NCBI GenBank assembly: GCA_944340685.1
Contig: CALVLR010000155.1
Coordinates: 1-45,593, forward strand
Length of the DNA stretch: 45,593 nucleotides
Source of the DNA: an uncultured Clostridia bacterium
GTDB taxonomy: Bacteria > Bacillota > Clostridia > Christensenellales > Borkfalkiaceae
Reading direction: 5' to 3'
Part shown: positions 1-7,705 of the stretch, piece by piece
Layout: every line of letters begins with the position of its first letter
Position numbering within the stretch: the stretch's first letter is position 1
The notes under the pieces: model-generated
Database searches by the model: none
Told to the model about the DNA's origin: nothing
Seen by the model: only the letters and a program-made list of their open reading frames with translations
Position numbers and translations under genes: made by a program

Positions 1-524
1 TGATCTCGCTGCCCATGAATACTGCCGTCACGGCGTCCACGCAGTGGTTCGAACGCACGCTCGACGATTCGGCGAACCGCCGCATCGTACTCGCGCAGGC
101 GTTTTTAACGGTAGATGCGATCCTGAACATCTACCTCAACGTTGCGGAAAATCTTGTCGTCTATGAGAAGGTCATTGCAAAACACATCGCGGCGGAACTG
201 CCTTTCATGGCGACGGAAAACATCATGATGGAGTGCGTGAAGGCAGGCGGCAACCGCCAGGAGCTCCATGAGCGTATCCGCGTGCTCTCTATGGAGGCGG
301 GGCGCAACGTGAAGGTCGAGGGCGGCGAAAACGATCTTCTTGACCGCATTAAAAAGGACGGGATGTTCCGTCCCGTTTGGGATCGCCTCGACGATATTCT
401 CGACGCGAAGAAGTTCGTCGGGCGCGCGCCGCAGCAGACTGTAGAGTTCATTGAGACGGAGATCGATCCGATCCTCGCACGGCACAAAGCTGAATTGGGC
501 GAGCAGGGCGAGGTCCGCGTATAA
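1..524 (+). CDS. purB: adenylosuccinate lyase, C-terminal part (5' end lies outside the window)
   Basis: The frame of ORF 15..524 stays open to the window edge. The translation ([24 protein letters not shown]...FVGRAPQQ) matches the conserved C-terminal region of PurB-type lyases. Stop is TAA at 522-524. Confidence 0.85.
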   Translation, partial: ISLPMNTAVTASTQWFERTLDDSANRRIVLAQAFLTVDAILNIYLNVAENLVVYEKVIAKHIAAELPFMATENIMMECVKAGGNRQELHERIRVLSMEAGRNVKVEGGENDLLDRIKKDGMFRPVWDRLDDILDAKKFVGRAPQQTVEFIETEIDPILARHKAELGEQGEVRV

Positions 525-540
525 TTTAACGGAGACAGAT

Positions 541-1551
541 ATGAAAGTTTTGGTAACGGGCGGCGCCGGATTTATCGGTTCGCACACGGTGGTCGAGCTG
601 CTCAATGCGGGGTTTGATGTCGTCGTGGTCGATAATCTGAGCAATTCCAACGAAGAGAGCATGCGTCGCGTCAAGGAGATCGCGGGCAGGGATTTTGCAT
701 TTTATTCCTACGATGTGCGCGACCGCGAAAAGCTGGAGAACATCTTTGTGGCGCACGCAATCGACTGGGTCATTCACTTCGCGGGGCTGAAAGCTGTGGG
801 GGAGAGCGTGCAAAAGCCAATTCTCTATTACGATAACAACCTTGTTTCCACGCTGGTACTGTTGGAGACGATGGAAAAATTCGGTGTGCGGAATTTCGTG
901 TTTTCGTCGTCGGCAACGGTGTACGGCGAACCCGAGCGCCTTCCGCTCGACGAGGAATGCCGTCTTTCGACGACGAATCCGTATGGCGCGACAAAACTCA
1001 TGCAGGAGCAGATGCTCCGGGATCTCTACAAGGCGGACAACCGCTGGAACATCGCACTTTTGCGCTATTTCAATCCCGTCGGTGCACACCCGAGCGGGCG
1101 CATCGGCGAGGATCCAAAGGGGATCCCCAACAATCTGATGCCCTATGTGGCGCAGGTCGCAAGCGGAAAACTCAAAGAGATCGGCGTATTCGGAAACGAT
1201 TATCCCACGCCGGACGGAACGGGCGTCCGCGACTATATTCACGTCGTCGATCTTGCGAAGGGGCATGTCGCAGCGATCGAAAAGCTCAAAGAGCCGGGCG
1301 TGCATATCTATAACCTCGGCACCGGAAACGGCTACAGCGTGCTGGATATGATCCATGCCTTTGAAAAAGCTTGCGGCAAAAAACTTCCGTATTCGATCAA
1401 GCCTCGCCGCGCAGGAGACGTTCCTGCATGCTACGCTTCCAGCAAAAAGGCGGAAGAGGAGCTTGGCTGGAGGGCGCAGTACGATCTGGAGGATATGTGC
1501 CGCGACCAGTGGAATTGGCAGAAGAACAATCCCAACGGCTACGAAAACTAA
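541..1551 (+). CDS. galE: UDP-glucose 4-epimerase
   Basis: The N-terminus [15 protein letters not shown] is a Rossmann motif and PYGATK is the YxxxK catalytic motif. Similarity to GalE runs the full length. ATG at 541 is preceded by a GGAGA SD, so the upstream in-frame extension from 451 is rejected. Confidence 0.93.
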   Translation: MKVLVTGGAGFIGSHTVVELLNAGFDVVVVDNLSNSNEESMRRVKEIAGRDFAFYSYDVRDREKLENIFVAHAIDWVIHFAGLKAVGESVQKPILYYDNNLVSTLVLLETMEKFGVRNFVFSSSATVYGEPERLPLDEECRLSTTNPYGATKLMQEQMLRDLYKADNRWNIALLRYFNPVGAHPSGRIGEDPKGIPNNLMPYVAQVASGKLKEIGVFGNDYPTPDGTGVRDYIHVVDLAKGHVAAIEKLKEPGVHIYNLGTGNGYSVLDMIHAFEKACGKKLPYSIKPRRAGDVPACYASSKKAEEELGWRAQYDLEDMCRDQWNWQKNNPNGYEN

Positions 1552-1563
1552 ATTTTATGAATT

Positions 1564-1598
1564 AAAAGCAGTACTATGTCTGACACAGTACTGCTTTT
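1564..1598 (+). terminator. intrinsic terminator after galE
   Basis: AAAAGCAGTACT / AGTACTGCTTTT forms a 12-bp stem with an 11-nt loop and ends in a T-run. Confidence 0.7.
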
Positions 1599-1796
1599 GA
1601 CTATGTTCTTGCTGCGTTATTTGTCTTTATGCCATGATTTTTGAAGAGATTGGATTAATTTGATTTGCTGTCTTTTTAAAATCTGATTTTGTTGGATCCA
1701 TCAGAGTCATTTAGCTGAGAAAAGTGTTTTTTCGTGATGTCGGAACATGCTGCGTCGAAAAAGTAAGATTTTTTGCCCGATTGCCGCTGTAAAAAC

Positions 1797-1825
1797 TTGA
1801 CGAAATATTTTTTATCGTATATAAT
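1797..1825 (+). promoter_or_regulatory. sigma-A type promoter for tRNA-Trp
   Basis: TTGACG (1797-1802), a 17-nt spacer, then TATAAT (1820-1825). The tRNA 5' end is 12 nt downstream. Confidence 0.65.
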
Positions 1826-1836
1826 ACAATGCGCAC

Positions 1837-1911
1837 AGGGGAGTGGCTCAACGGTAGAGTAGCGGTCTCCAAAACCGTCGGTTGCGTGTTCGAATCGCGT
1901 CTCCCCTGCCA
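1837..1911 (+). tRNA. trnW: tRNA-Trp (anticodon CCA), CCA end encoded
   Basis: I folded the cloverleaf by hand. The acceptor AGGGGAG/CTCCCCT has 7 bp, the D stem is GCTC/GAGT, the anticodon loop is CTCCAAA and the T-loop is TTCGAAT. Discriminator is G, followed by CCA. Confidence 0.9.
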
Positions 1912-1916
1912 AACGG

Positions 1917-1979
1917 AAGGATGTCGGAAATCGGGCGGTGCGAAGCGCACCGGAAGGGATTCGGCGTCCTTTATTTTTT
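1917..1979 (+). terminator. structured terminator after tRNA-Trp
   Basis: The outer stem AAGGATGTCGGAA / TTCGGCGTCCTT (with G-U pairs) encloses the hairpin GGTGCG-AAG-CGCACC. It is followed by TTTATTTTTT. Confidence 0.5.
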
Positions 1980-2037
1980 AAAATGCGAGTGCCGCATGGA
2001 AATGTTTATTGTATGCGGTCGCTCAGGGAGGCATATT

Positions 2038-2835
2038 ATGCAGAAAAAGGTAAAACTCGGCGTGATCGGCGGAGGCTTTATGGCGCAGGCGATCGTAAAC
2101 GGGGCTGTCAGAAAAAAGTTTCTGGCTGCGGATCAGGTGATCGTCAGCGAGCCGGATGAGGCGAGGCGCATGGTTTTTGCGGAGCTTGGTGCAAAACTTG
2201 CTGCAAATAACCGAGACGCCGCCGCTTCATGTGAGTTTTTGCTGATCGCCGTAAAGCCGCAGGCCTTTGCTTCCGTTGCGGAGGAACTTCGCGGAGAACC
2301 TCTGCCCGTGCTCATCAGTATCATGGCGGGCAAGACAAAGGCGTCCGTCAAGCGTGCGACGGGCGCAGAGAAGGTGGCGCGTATCATGCCAAATCTTCCG
2401 TGCGCCGTCGGCGCGGGAATGGCAGGGACGGACTGCTCCGATCTGCTGCCCGAGGAAAGGGCGTTCGTGCACGGTCTGTTTTGTTCTGTGGGCGAAGCGG
2501 CGGAGGTCAGGGAAGATCTGCTCGATGCCGTTACGGGAGTATCCGGAAGCGGACCTGCATATGTATATCTTTTCCTGCAATCCCTGATCCTCGCGGGCGT
2601 GGAGCAGGGCATGACGGAGGCGCAGGCCAAGCAATTTGCGATTCAGACGGTTTCGGGCGGCGTGGAAATGGCGAAGACTTCCGATAAATCGCTTGAAGAA
2701 CTGATCGCCGCGGTATCTTCCAAGGGAGGGACGACGCTCGCGGCGCTGGACAGCTTCAGAAGAGATGATTTTACGGGCTGCGTCAGGCGCGCGGTGGACG
2801 CTGCGGTCAGGCGTGCAAAGGAGCTTTCCGAATGA
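2038..2835 (+). CDS. proC: pyrroline-5-carboxylate reductase
   Basis: Contains VIGGGFMAQAI (NADP-binding), GSGPAYVY and KGGTT motifs. ATG at 2038 follows an AGGGAGG SD. Confidence 0.9.
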   Translation: MQKKVKLGVIGGGFMAQAIVNGAVRKKFLAADQVIVSEPDEARRMVFAELGAKLAANNRDAAASCEFLLIAVKPQAFASVAEELRGEPLPVLISIMAGKTKASVKRATGAEKVARIMPNLPCAVGAGMAGTDCSDLLPEERAFVHGLFCSVGEAAEVREDLLDAVTGVSGSGPAYVYLFLQSLILAGVEQGMTEAQAKQFAIQTVSGGVEMAKTSDKSLEELIAAVSSKGGTTLAALDSFRRDDFTGCVRRAVDAAVRRAKELSE

Positions 2836-3269
2836 AGCGCGTGACGCTGTATACGGACGGCGCGTGCTCGGGAAACCCAGGTCCCGGCGGCTGGGGCGCT
2901 GTGCTGATATACGGCGAACATCGCAGGGAGCTTTGCGGCGGAGAACGGGAAACGACGAATAACCGTATGGAGATCACGGCGGTGATCGAGGGATTGAAAG
3001 CTTTGAAAGAGCCGTGCGAAGTGGAAATTTACAGCGACTCGGCATATACCGTAAATGCATTTGCGGAAGGATGGGTGAATGGCTGGGAGCGCTCCGAGTG
3101 GAAAAAAGCGGATAAAAAACCTGTCCTGAACGCAGATTTGTGGCGGGAGCTGCTTTCTCTGACGCGTCGGCACCGTGTTTCTTTTCATAAGGTGAAGGGG
3201 CATGCGGACGATCCGCTCAACAATCGCTGCGATGAACTTGCGCGCGGGGCGATCCCCGAGAGAGACTAA
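2832..3269 (+). CDS. rnhA: ribonuclease HI
   Basis: Contains TDGACSGNPGPGGWG, TNNRMEI and KVKGHADDPLNNRCDELA, which are RNase H catalytic motifs. Its ATG overlaps the proC stop as ATGA. Confidence 0.9.
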   Translation: MKRVTLYTDGACSGNPGPGGWGAVLIYGEHRRELCGGERETTNNRMEITAVIEGLKALKEPCEVEIYSDSAYTVNAFAEGWVNGWERSEWKKADKKPVLNADLWRELLSLTRRHRVSFHKVKGHADDPLNNRCDELARGAIPERD

Positions 3270-3301
3270 ACTCTTCTGCGGATGGATATAATAGATAGAG
3301 A

Positions 3302-4360
3302 ATGAGCAGAACGGATTCCATGAAAAAACAGACGCCGTCCCGCGGGAGGGCTGTTCTGCATATCCTTTGCCTTGCGCTCCTTGCGGCGGCGTTTGAATGT
3401 TTTTATGTGCTTTCGTTCGGATATTTCCGGAATGGGCTGGAAGCGCATTGGTATTGGCTTGCCATAGCCGGCGGGACCTTCCTCAACGCCGCCGTTCTGA
3501 CGGTCGATTACATTTTTTACTTTTTGCGTAAGCAGTTCGTTTACAGAAGCTGCCTGATCGCATATGTTCTGCTGATTTTTATTGCAGTTGTTGCATTCGT
3601 GCTTTTGCAGACCGGATTTGCAGAGGTGATTCGCGATGAAGAAAAGTTTCAGGAATACCTCAGACAGGCGGGGAGCTGGATGACGGCGCTGTTCATCACG
3701 CTTCAGTTTTTGCAGGTCGTCCTTCTGCCCATTCCGAGCACGGTCACGGTCGTGGCGGGCAGCGCATTGTTCGGACCGTTTTACGGGAGTCTTTACAGCC
3801 TCCTTGGAATATTCCTCGGATCGGTTGTTGCGTTTCTGATCGGCAGATATGCCGGATTTCGCGTTGTAGCGTGGATCGTGGGCGAGGATACTCTGACAAA
3901 GTGGCTGGAAAAGATCAAGGGGAAAGACAAACTTTTTCTCTCGGCGATGTTTCTTCTTCCCGTATTTCCCGATGATGTGCTCTGTTTTGTTGCAGGGATC
4001 TCTACCATGTCGCTTCCGTTTTTCATCGTCATTATTCTCATTTCGCGCGTGTTTGCCATTTTTACGACGAGTTACTCGATCACGCTCATCCCGTTCGACA
4101 CATGGTGGGGGATCCTCATCTGGGCGTTGCTGTTTGCGCTCGTGGTCGCTTTGTTTGTATTCCTTTATAAGAAGTCGGACGCGATCCTTGCCTGGTGCGA
4201 TAAGGTCTTCCGCCGCGAAACGCGGATAGAACGCAAAGTCAAAAAAGACGAATTTTCTGTGGAGATCGTCGACGCGGACGGCGCCATCGTCAAAAAGGGC
4301 GTCAAGAAGGAGGGCGACGCGCAGTCGCCGCCCGACCGGACGGATGAGGAGACAAAATAG
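3302..4360 (+). CDS. TVP38/TMEM64 (DedA-related, SNARE-associated) family membrane protein
   Basis: A multi-TM protein with a core segment LLPIPSTVTVVAGSALFGP...FLIGRYAG...LLPVFPDDVLCFVAGIS typical of this family. A charged C-terminal tail follows. Confidence 0.75.
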   Translation: MSRTDSMKKQTPSRGRAVLHILCLALLAAAFECFYVLSFGYFRNGLEAHWYWLAIAGGTFLNAAVLTVDYIFYFLRKQFVYRSCLIAYVLLIFIAVVAFVLLQTGFAEVIRDEEKFQEYLRQAGSWMTALFITLQFLQVVLLPIPSTVTVVAGSALFGPFYGSLYSLLGIFLGSVVAFLIGRYAGFRVVAWIVGEDTLTKWLEKIKGKDKLFLSAMFLLPVFPDDVLCFVAGISTMSLPFFIVIILISRVFAIFTTSYSITLIPFDTWWGILIWALLFALVVALFVFLYKKSDAILAWCDKVFRRETRIERKVKKDEFSVEIVDADGAIVKKGVKKEGDAQSPPDRTDEETK

Positions 4361-4471
4361 TTTGTCCGTCGTGAAAGACGTCGGGAGGGAGAGAAGCGGC
4401 ATATTCTTTCCGATTTTTGACGAAAAAAATCCATCTGTCGGACGATTTCTGCAAATTATCCCCCGAGGTTC

Positions 4472-4500
4472 TTGCAATTTCGTAAAGATTCGGATATAAT
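4472..4500 (+). promoter_or_regulatory. sigma-A type promoter of the leader upstream of the HI0933-family gene
   Basis: TTGCAA (4472-4477), a 17-nt spacer, then TATAAT (4495-4500). Confidence 0.55.
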
Positions 4501-4527
4501 CATATCGAACGGGTCGGAAAAGAATGC

Positions 4528-4586
4528 TTTTCAGAGGAAAACAGTCGAAAACGAGGGCGCGTCGCCCTCGTTTTTTCAGAGGAAAA
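4528..4586 (+). repeat. 14-nt direct repeat TTTTCAGAGGAAAA (two copies) flanking the leader terminator
   Basis: The copies lie at 4528-4541 and 4573-4586. Only the second is followed by an ATG at SD spacing, the gene start at 4589. Confidence 0.8.
4551..4577 (+). terminator. intrinsic terminator inside the 5' leader of the HI0933-family gene (possible attenuator)
   Basis: ACGAGGGCG-CGT-CGCCCTCGT forms a 9-bp GC-rich stem followed by TTTTTT. The T-run ends 4 nt before the SD GAGGA of the next gene. Confidence 0.75.
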
Positions 4587-4588
4587 AT

Positions 4589-5806
4589 ATGCAATCGGTT
4601 GTAGTGATCGGCGGAGGCGCTGCCGGACTGATGGCGGCATATACTGCTGCGAGCCGCGGGAGGAAGGTCCTGCTCCTCGAAAAAAACGAAAAGTTGGGAA
4701 AAAAGATCTATATCACGGGGAAAGGGCGGTGCAACGTGACCAACGACTGTCCGCCGGAAGATTTTCTGGCGAATGTGGTAAACGGAAGCCGCTTTCTCAC
4801 GCGTGCAGCATATGCCTTTCCCGCCGCAAGTGCAATGGAATTTTTTGAGGAGCATGGGCTTGCGCTCAAAGTGGAACGCGGAAATCGCGTGTTTCCCGTT
4901 TCCGACCATGCGAGCGACGTCACAAAAGCGCTTGAATGCGCCTGCCGCGATGCGGGCGTGGAGATCCGATTGAACGAAGCGGTAACGGGAATCGGGCAGC
5001 GCGACGGCGCTGTTTGCGCCGTGTATAGCGAGAAGTCTGTTTATGAATGCGAAAGCGCGGTGATCGCAACAGGCGGATGCTCCTATCCTTCGACGGGATC
5101 GACGGGAGACGGCTATCGGTTTGCCGAGCAGCTTGGGCATGCGTGCGAAGCGCGCACGCCGTCGCTCGTAGGGATCGAGCTGCGGGAGGACGTCTCTGCT
5201 GCGCAGGGCGTTTCGCTCAAAAATGTAACGCTTACGGCAAAACGCGGGCAAAAAACCATCTTTTCCGAGATGGGGGAACTACTTTTCACGCATTACGGAA
5301 TGAGCGGACCGCTTGTTCTTACGCTCTCTGCGTTGATCAACAGGCTGCCGCTCTCGGAGATCTCGGTGTGGCTGGACTTAAAACCTGCGCTCGATGAAAA
5401 AAAACTTGACGAGCGGCTTTTGCGCGACTTTGCGGAGCGCAGGAACGAAACGATGAAAAACGTTATGCGCGGTCTTCTGCCTGCGGGAGTCGTGCAGATC
5501 GTACTTCGCGCCGCCGGAATATCGCCGGAAAAACAGGCAAATGCCGTAACACGGGAGGAACGGCGATCGCTTCTTTCGGCACTCAAAAAATTGCCGTTCT
5601 CGCCGAAGGCCCTGCGCGGCTTCCATGAGGCGGTCGTGACCGCCGGAGGGGTTGCGCTGCGCGGGATCGATCCCGCTACCATGCAGAGCAGGCTCGTGAG
5701 AGGGCTGTATTTTTGTGGCGAAGTGCTCGACTGCGACGCTTTTACGGGCGGGTTCAATCTGCAAATCGCGTGGAGTACCGGTTATTTGGCAGGGAAAAAC
5801 GCATAA
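4589..5806 (+). CDS. HI0933/YhiN (BaiN-like) family NAD(P)/FAD-dependent oxidoreductase
   Basis: The N-terminus MQSVVVIGGGAAGLMAA...LEKNEKLGKKIYITGKGRCNVTN and the C-terminal GEVLDCDAFTGGFNLQIAWSTG are family hallmarks. ATG at 4589 follows a GAGGA SD. Confidence 0.85.
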   Translation: MQSVVVIGGGAAGLMAAYTAASRGRKVLLLEKNEKLGKKIYITGKGRCNVTNDCPPEDFLANVVNGSRFLTRAAYAFPAASAMEFFEEHGLALKVERGNRVFPVSDHASDVTKALECACRDAGVEIRLNEAVTGIGQRDGAVCAVYSEKSVYECESAVIATGGCSYPSTGSTGDGYRFAEQLGHACEARTPSLVGIELREDVSAAQGVSLKNVTLTAKRGQKTIFSEMGELLFTHYGMSGPLVLTLSALINRLPLSEISVWLDLKPALDEKKLDERLLRDFAERRNETMKNVMRGLLPAGVVQIVLRAAGISPEKQANAVTREERRSLLSALKKLPFSPKALRGFHEAVVTAGGVALRGIDPATMQSRLVRGLYFCGEVLDCDAFTGGFNLQIAWSTGYLAGKNA

Positions 5807-5872
5807 AATATAGTTTTGCATAGTAATATGCGTGACATAATATATAAGTTTTTGAAAGATTATGTCGTTTAT

Positions 5873-5901
5873 TTGACATTTTATACGAAATGGCGTATGA
5901 T
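5873..5901 (+). promoter_or_regulatory. sigma-A type promoter for the aroH-cmk / plsC / ispH-rpsA operon
   Basis: TTGACA (5873-5878), a 17-nt spacer, then TATGAT (5896-5901). Confidence 0.6.
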
Positions 5902-5918
5902 AAATGAGGAGGCAGTAA

Positions 5919-6926
5919 ATGACGGTAATACGAGGGGCAACCACGATCGCAGAAGATACTCCCGAGGAGATCCGTGCGGCGGTAAAAGAACTTCTGGAAC
6001 AGATCGAGAGCAGAAATGCGCTCAAGCGCGACGAGGTGGTGAGCATTGTTTTTTCAAGTACCTCGGACATCCATTCCTTCTATCCCGCGAAGGCTGCGCG
6101 GGAGGCGGGGTTTGAGAGCTGTTCGCTTTTCTCGGCGCAGGAACCCGATATTGACGGAGGGCTTCGGCTCTGTATCCGCGCAATGCTCTTTATTGAGAAA
6201 AACGATACGCCGCACCATGTGTATTTGCACGGCGCGAGGGCGCTCCGCAAGGATGTGGCGCAAAAATTCAACGTTGCCATCGACGGTCCCGCCGGAAGCG
6301 GCAAATCTACGATCGCCAGAATGCTGGCGCGCGACTATCATATTTTATATCTGGATACGGGCGCGATGTACCGCGCCTGTGCGCTCGCTGCTTTGCGCGC
6401 GGGAGTCGATATTGCCGACGAAAAGCAGGTGTGCGATCTGATGCGCGGCGTGTCGCTGAACGTCGTCTACCGCGACGGCGAACAGCATACGATGCTTGGC
6501 GGCGAGGATGTCTCGGATCTGATCAGAACGCCCGAGGTCTCTATGGCTGCGTCCGCCATTTCCAAACACATCAGCGTGCGGATGAAAATGGTTGAGAAAC
6601 AGCGGGAGATCGCGGGGAAAATGTCTTGCGTGCTTGACGGAAGGGATATCGGTACGTTTGTGCTTCCGGATGCCGATTTCAAATTTTTCCTGACGGCGAC
6701 GCCGGAAGTGCGCGCCAAACGACGTGCCGACGAGATGACCGCGAAGGGATATACGGTGGACTTCGAGGCATTGAAAAGAGAGATCGCCGAGCGCGACCGG
6801 CAGGATTCTACGAGGGAGATCGCGCCCTTGAAGCAGGCGGATGACGCCGTGCTCATCGATACTTCGGAGATGTCGGTCGAAGAAGTTCTGCGTACGATCA
6901 AAAGTAAAATGCAGGAGAAGATCTGA
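5919..6926 (+). CDS. cmk: fusion protein: AroH-type chorismate mutase (N-terminal, about 115 aa) plus cytidylate kinase (C-terminal)
   Basis: Residues 1-115 (VIRGATT, FYPAKAARE, GGLRLCIRAM, HHVYL) align with the B. subtilis AroH catalytic motifs. From NVAIDGPAGSGKST onward (LDTGAMYRA, DGRDIGT, RDxxD) the protein is Cmk. It is one uninterrupted ORF preceded by a GAGGAGG SD. Confidence 0.85.
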   Translation: MTVIRGATTIAEDTPEEIRAAVKELLEQIESRNALKRDEVVSIVFSSTSDIHSFYPAKAAREAGFESCSLFSAQEPDIDGGLRLCIRAMLFIEKNDTPHHVYLHGARALRKDVAQKFNVAIDGPAGSGKSTIARMLARDYHILYLDTGAMYRACALAALRAGVDIADEKQVCDLMRGVSLNVVYRDGEQHTMLGGEDVSDLIRTPEVSMAASAISKHISVRMKMVEKQREIAGKMSCVLDGRDIGTFVLPDADFKFFLTATPEVRAKRRADEMTAKGYTVDFEALKREIAERDRQDSTREIAPLKQADDAVLIDTSEMSVEEVLRTIKSKMQEKI

Positions 6927-7705
6927 TGGACCGGACCTCTGAAAAAGAAGCGCGGAAGGCGGAGAAAGCAGCAAAGAAACAACAAAAAAAGCTTGAAAAA
7001 GCGCAGAAAAAACAGAAAAAACAGGAAAAACAGCGCAGGCTGCTCTTTCCTGCAAATAAAAAAGGAAAGCATATCATTCCGTTGATGAACGTGCTCCGCG
7101 TCATCTTATATCCGATCCATGCGCTTCTTTTTCCGTTCAAACTGCATGGGCACAAAAAAGTCGGCACGGGCGCATATATCTATATCTGCAATCATTACAG
7201 TCTGCTCGATGTGTTTTTTCCTGCGCATACGACTTGGGAGGGGGTGCATTTTCTCGCCAAAGACGAGGTCATGCATACGCCGGTTTTGGGGTATGTCGCG
7301 CGCCGCGTCGGAGTGATCGGGGCGATGCGGGACGGATCCGACGTCCGCAGCATCATGGATTCTCTCAAGGTGCTGAAAAACGGCGAAAAAATTGTCATTT
7401 TTCCCGAAGGAACGCGCAACAAACGGTCTGACGACATGTTTCTTCCGTTTCACGGAGGCGCCGCGGTGCTTGCGATCAAATCAAAGACGCCTGTGATCCC
7501 GATCGTCATCTGCAACCGGCCGAAGTTGTTCCGCAGAACGCATGTGGTGATCGGCGAGCCGATGGAGCTCTCCGAATATTACGGACGGAAACTTGCGCCC
7601 GAGGAGTATGAATCGGCAGACAAACTGCTTGAAGAAAAGCTCTATGCGCTGCGCGAGACGTTTCGGGAATCAAGAAGCAAAAAGAAGGGAGCGAATAAAG
7701 CGTGA
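6926..7705 (+). CDS. plsC: 1-acyl-sn-glycerol-3-phosphate acyltransferase with a Lys/Gln/Glu-rich N-terminal extension
   Basis: Contains the NHYSLLD (HX4D) and FPEGTR motifs. ATG at 6926 overlaps the cmk stop and follows an AGGAG SD, which supports the long form. Confidence 0.85.
   Translation: MDRTSEKEARKAEKAAKKQQKKLEKAQKKQKKQEKQRRLLFPANKKGKHIIPLMNVLRVILYPIHALLFPFKLHGHKKVGTGAYIYICNHYSLLDVFFPAHTTWEGVHFLAKDEVMHTPVLGYVARRVGVIGAMRDGSDVRSIMDSLKVLKNGEKIVIFPEGTRNKRSDDMFLPFHGGAAVLAIKSKTPVIPIVICNRPKLFRRTHVVIGEPMELSEYYGRKLAPEEYESADKLLEEKLYALRETFRESRSKKKGANKA

Noticed and set aside
4472-4588. An in-frame upstream extension of the flavoprotein ORF (ORF track start 4472).
   Set aside because: It would have to be translated through the promoter -10 and the intrinsic terminator. 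The family N-terminus (MQSVVVIGGGAAG) begins at 4589 with a proper SD.
3266-5251. A 661-aa minus-strand ORF spanning the TVP38-family gene, the intergenic leader and part of the flavoprotein gene.
   Set aside because: It is antisense to two well-supported genes and crosses a promoter and a terminator. Its composition is extremely Arg/Lys/Glu-rich, the mirror of membrane-protein codons. It has no recognisable motifs and no SD.
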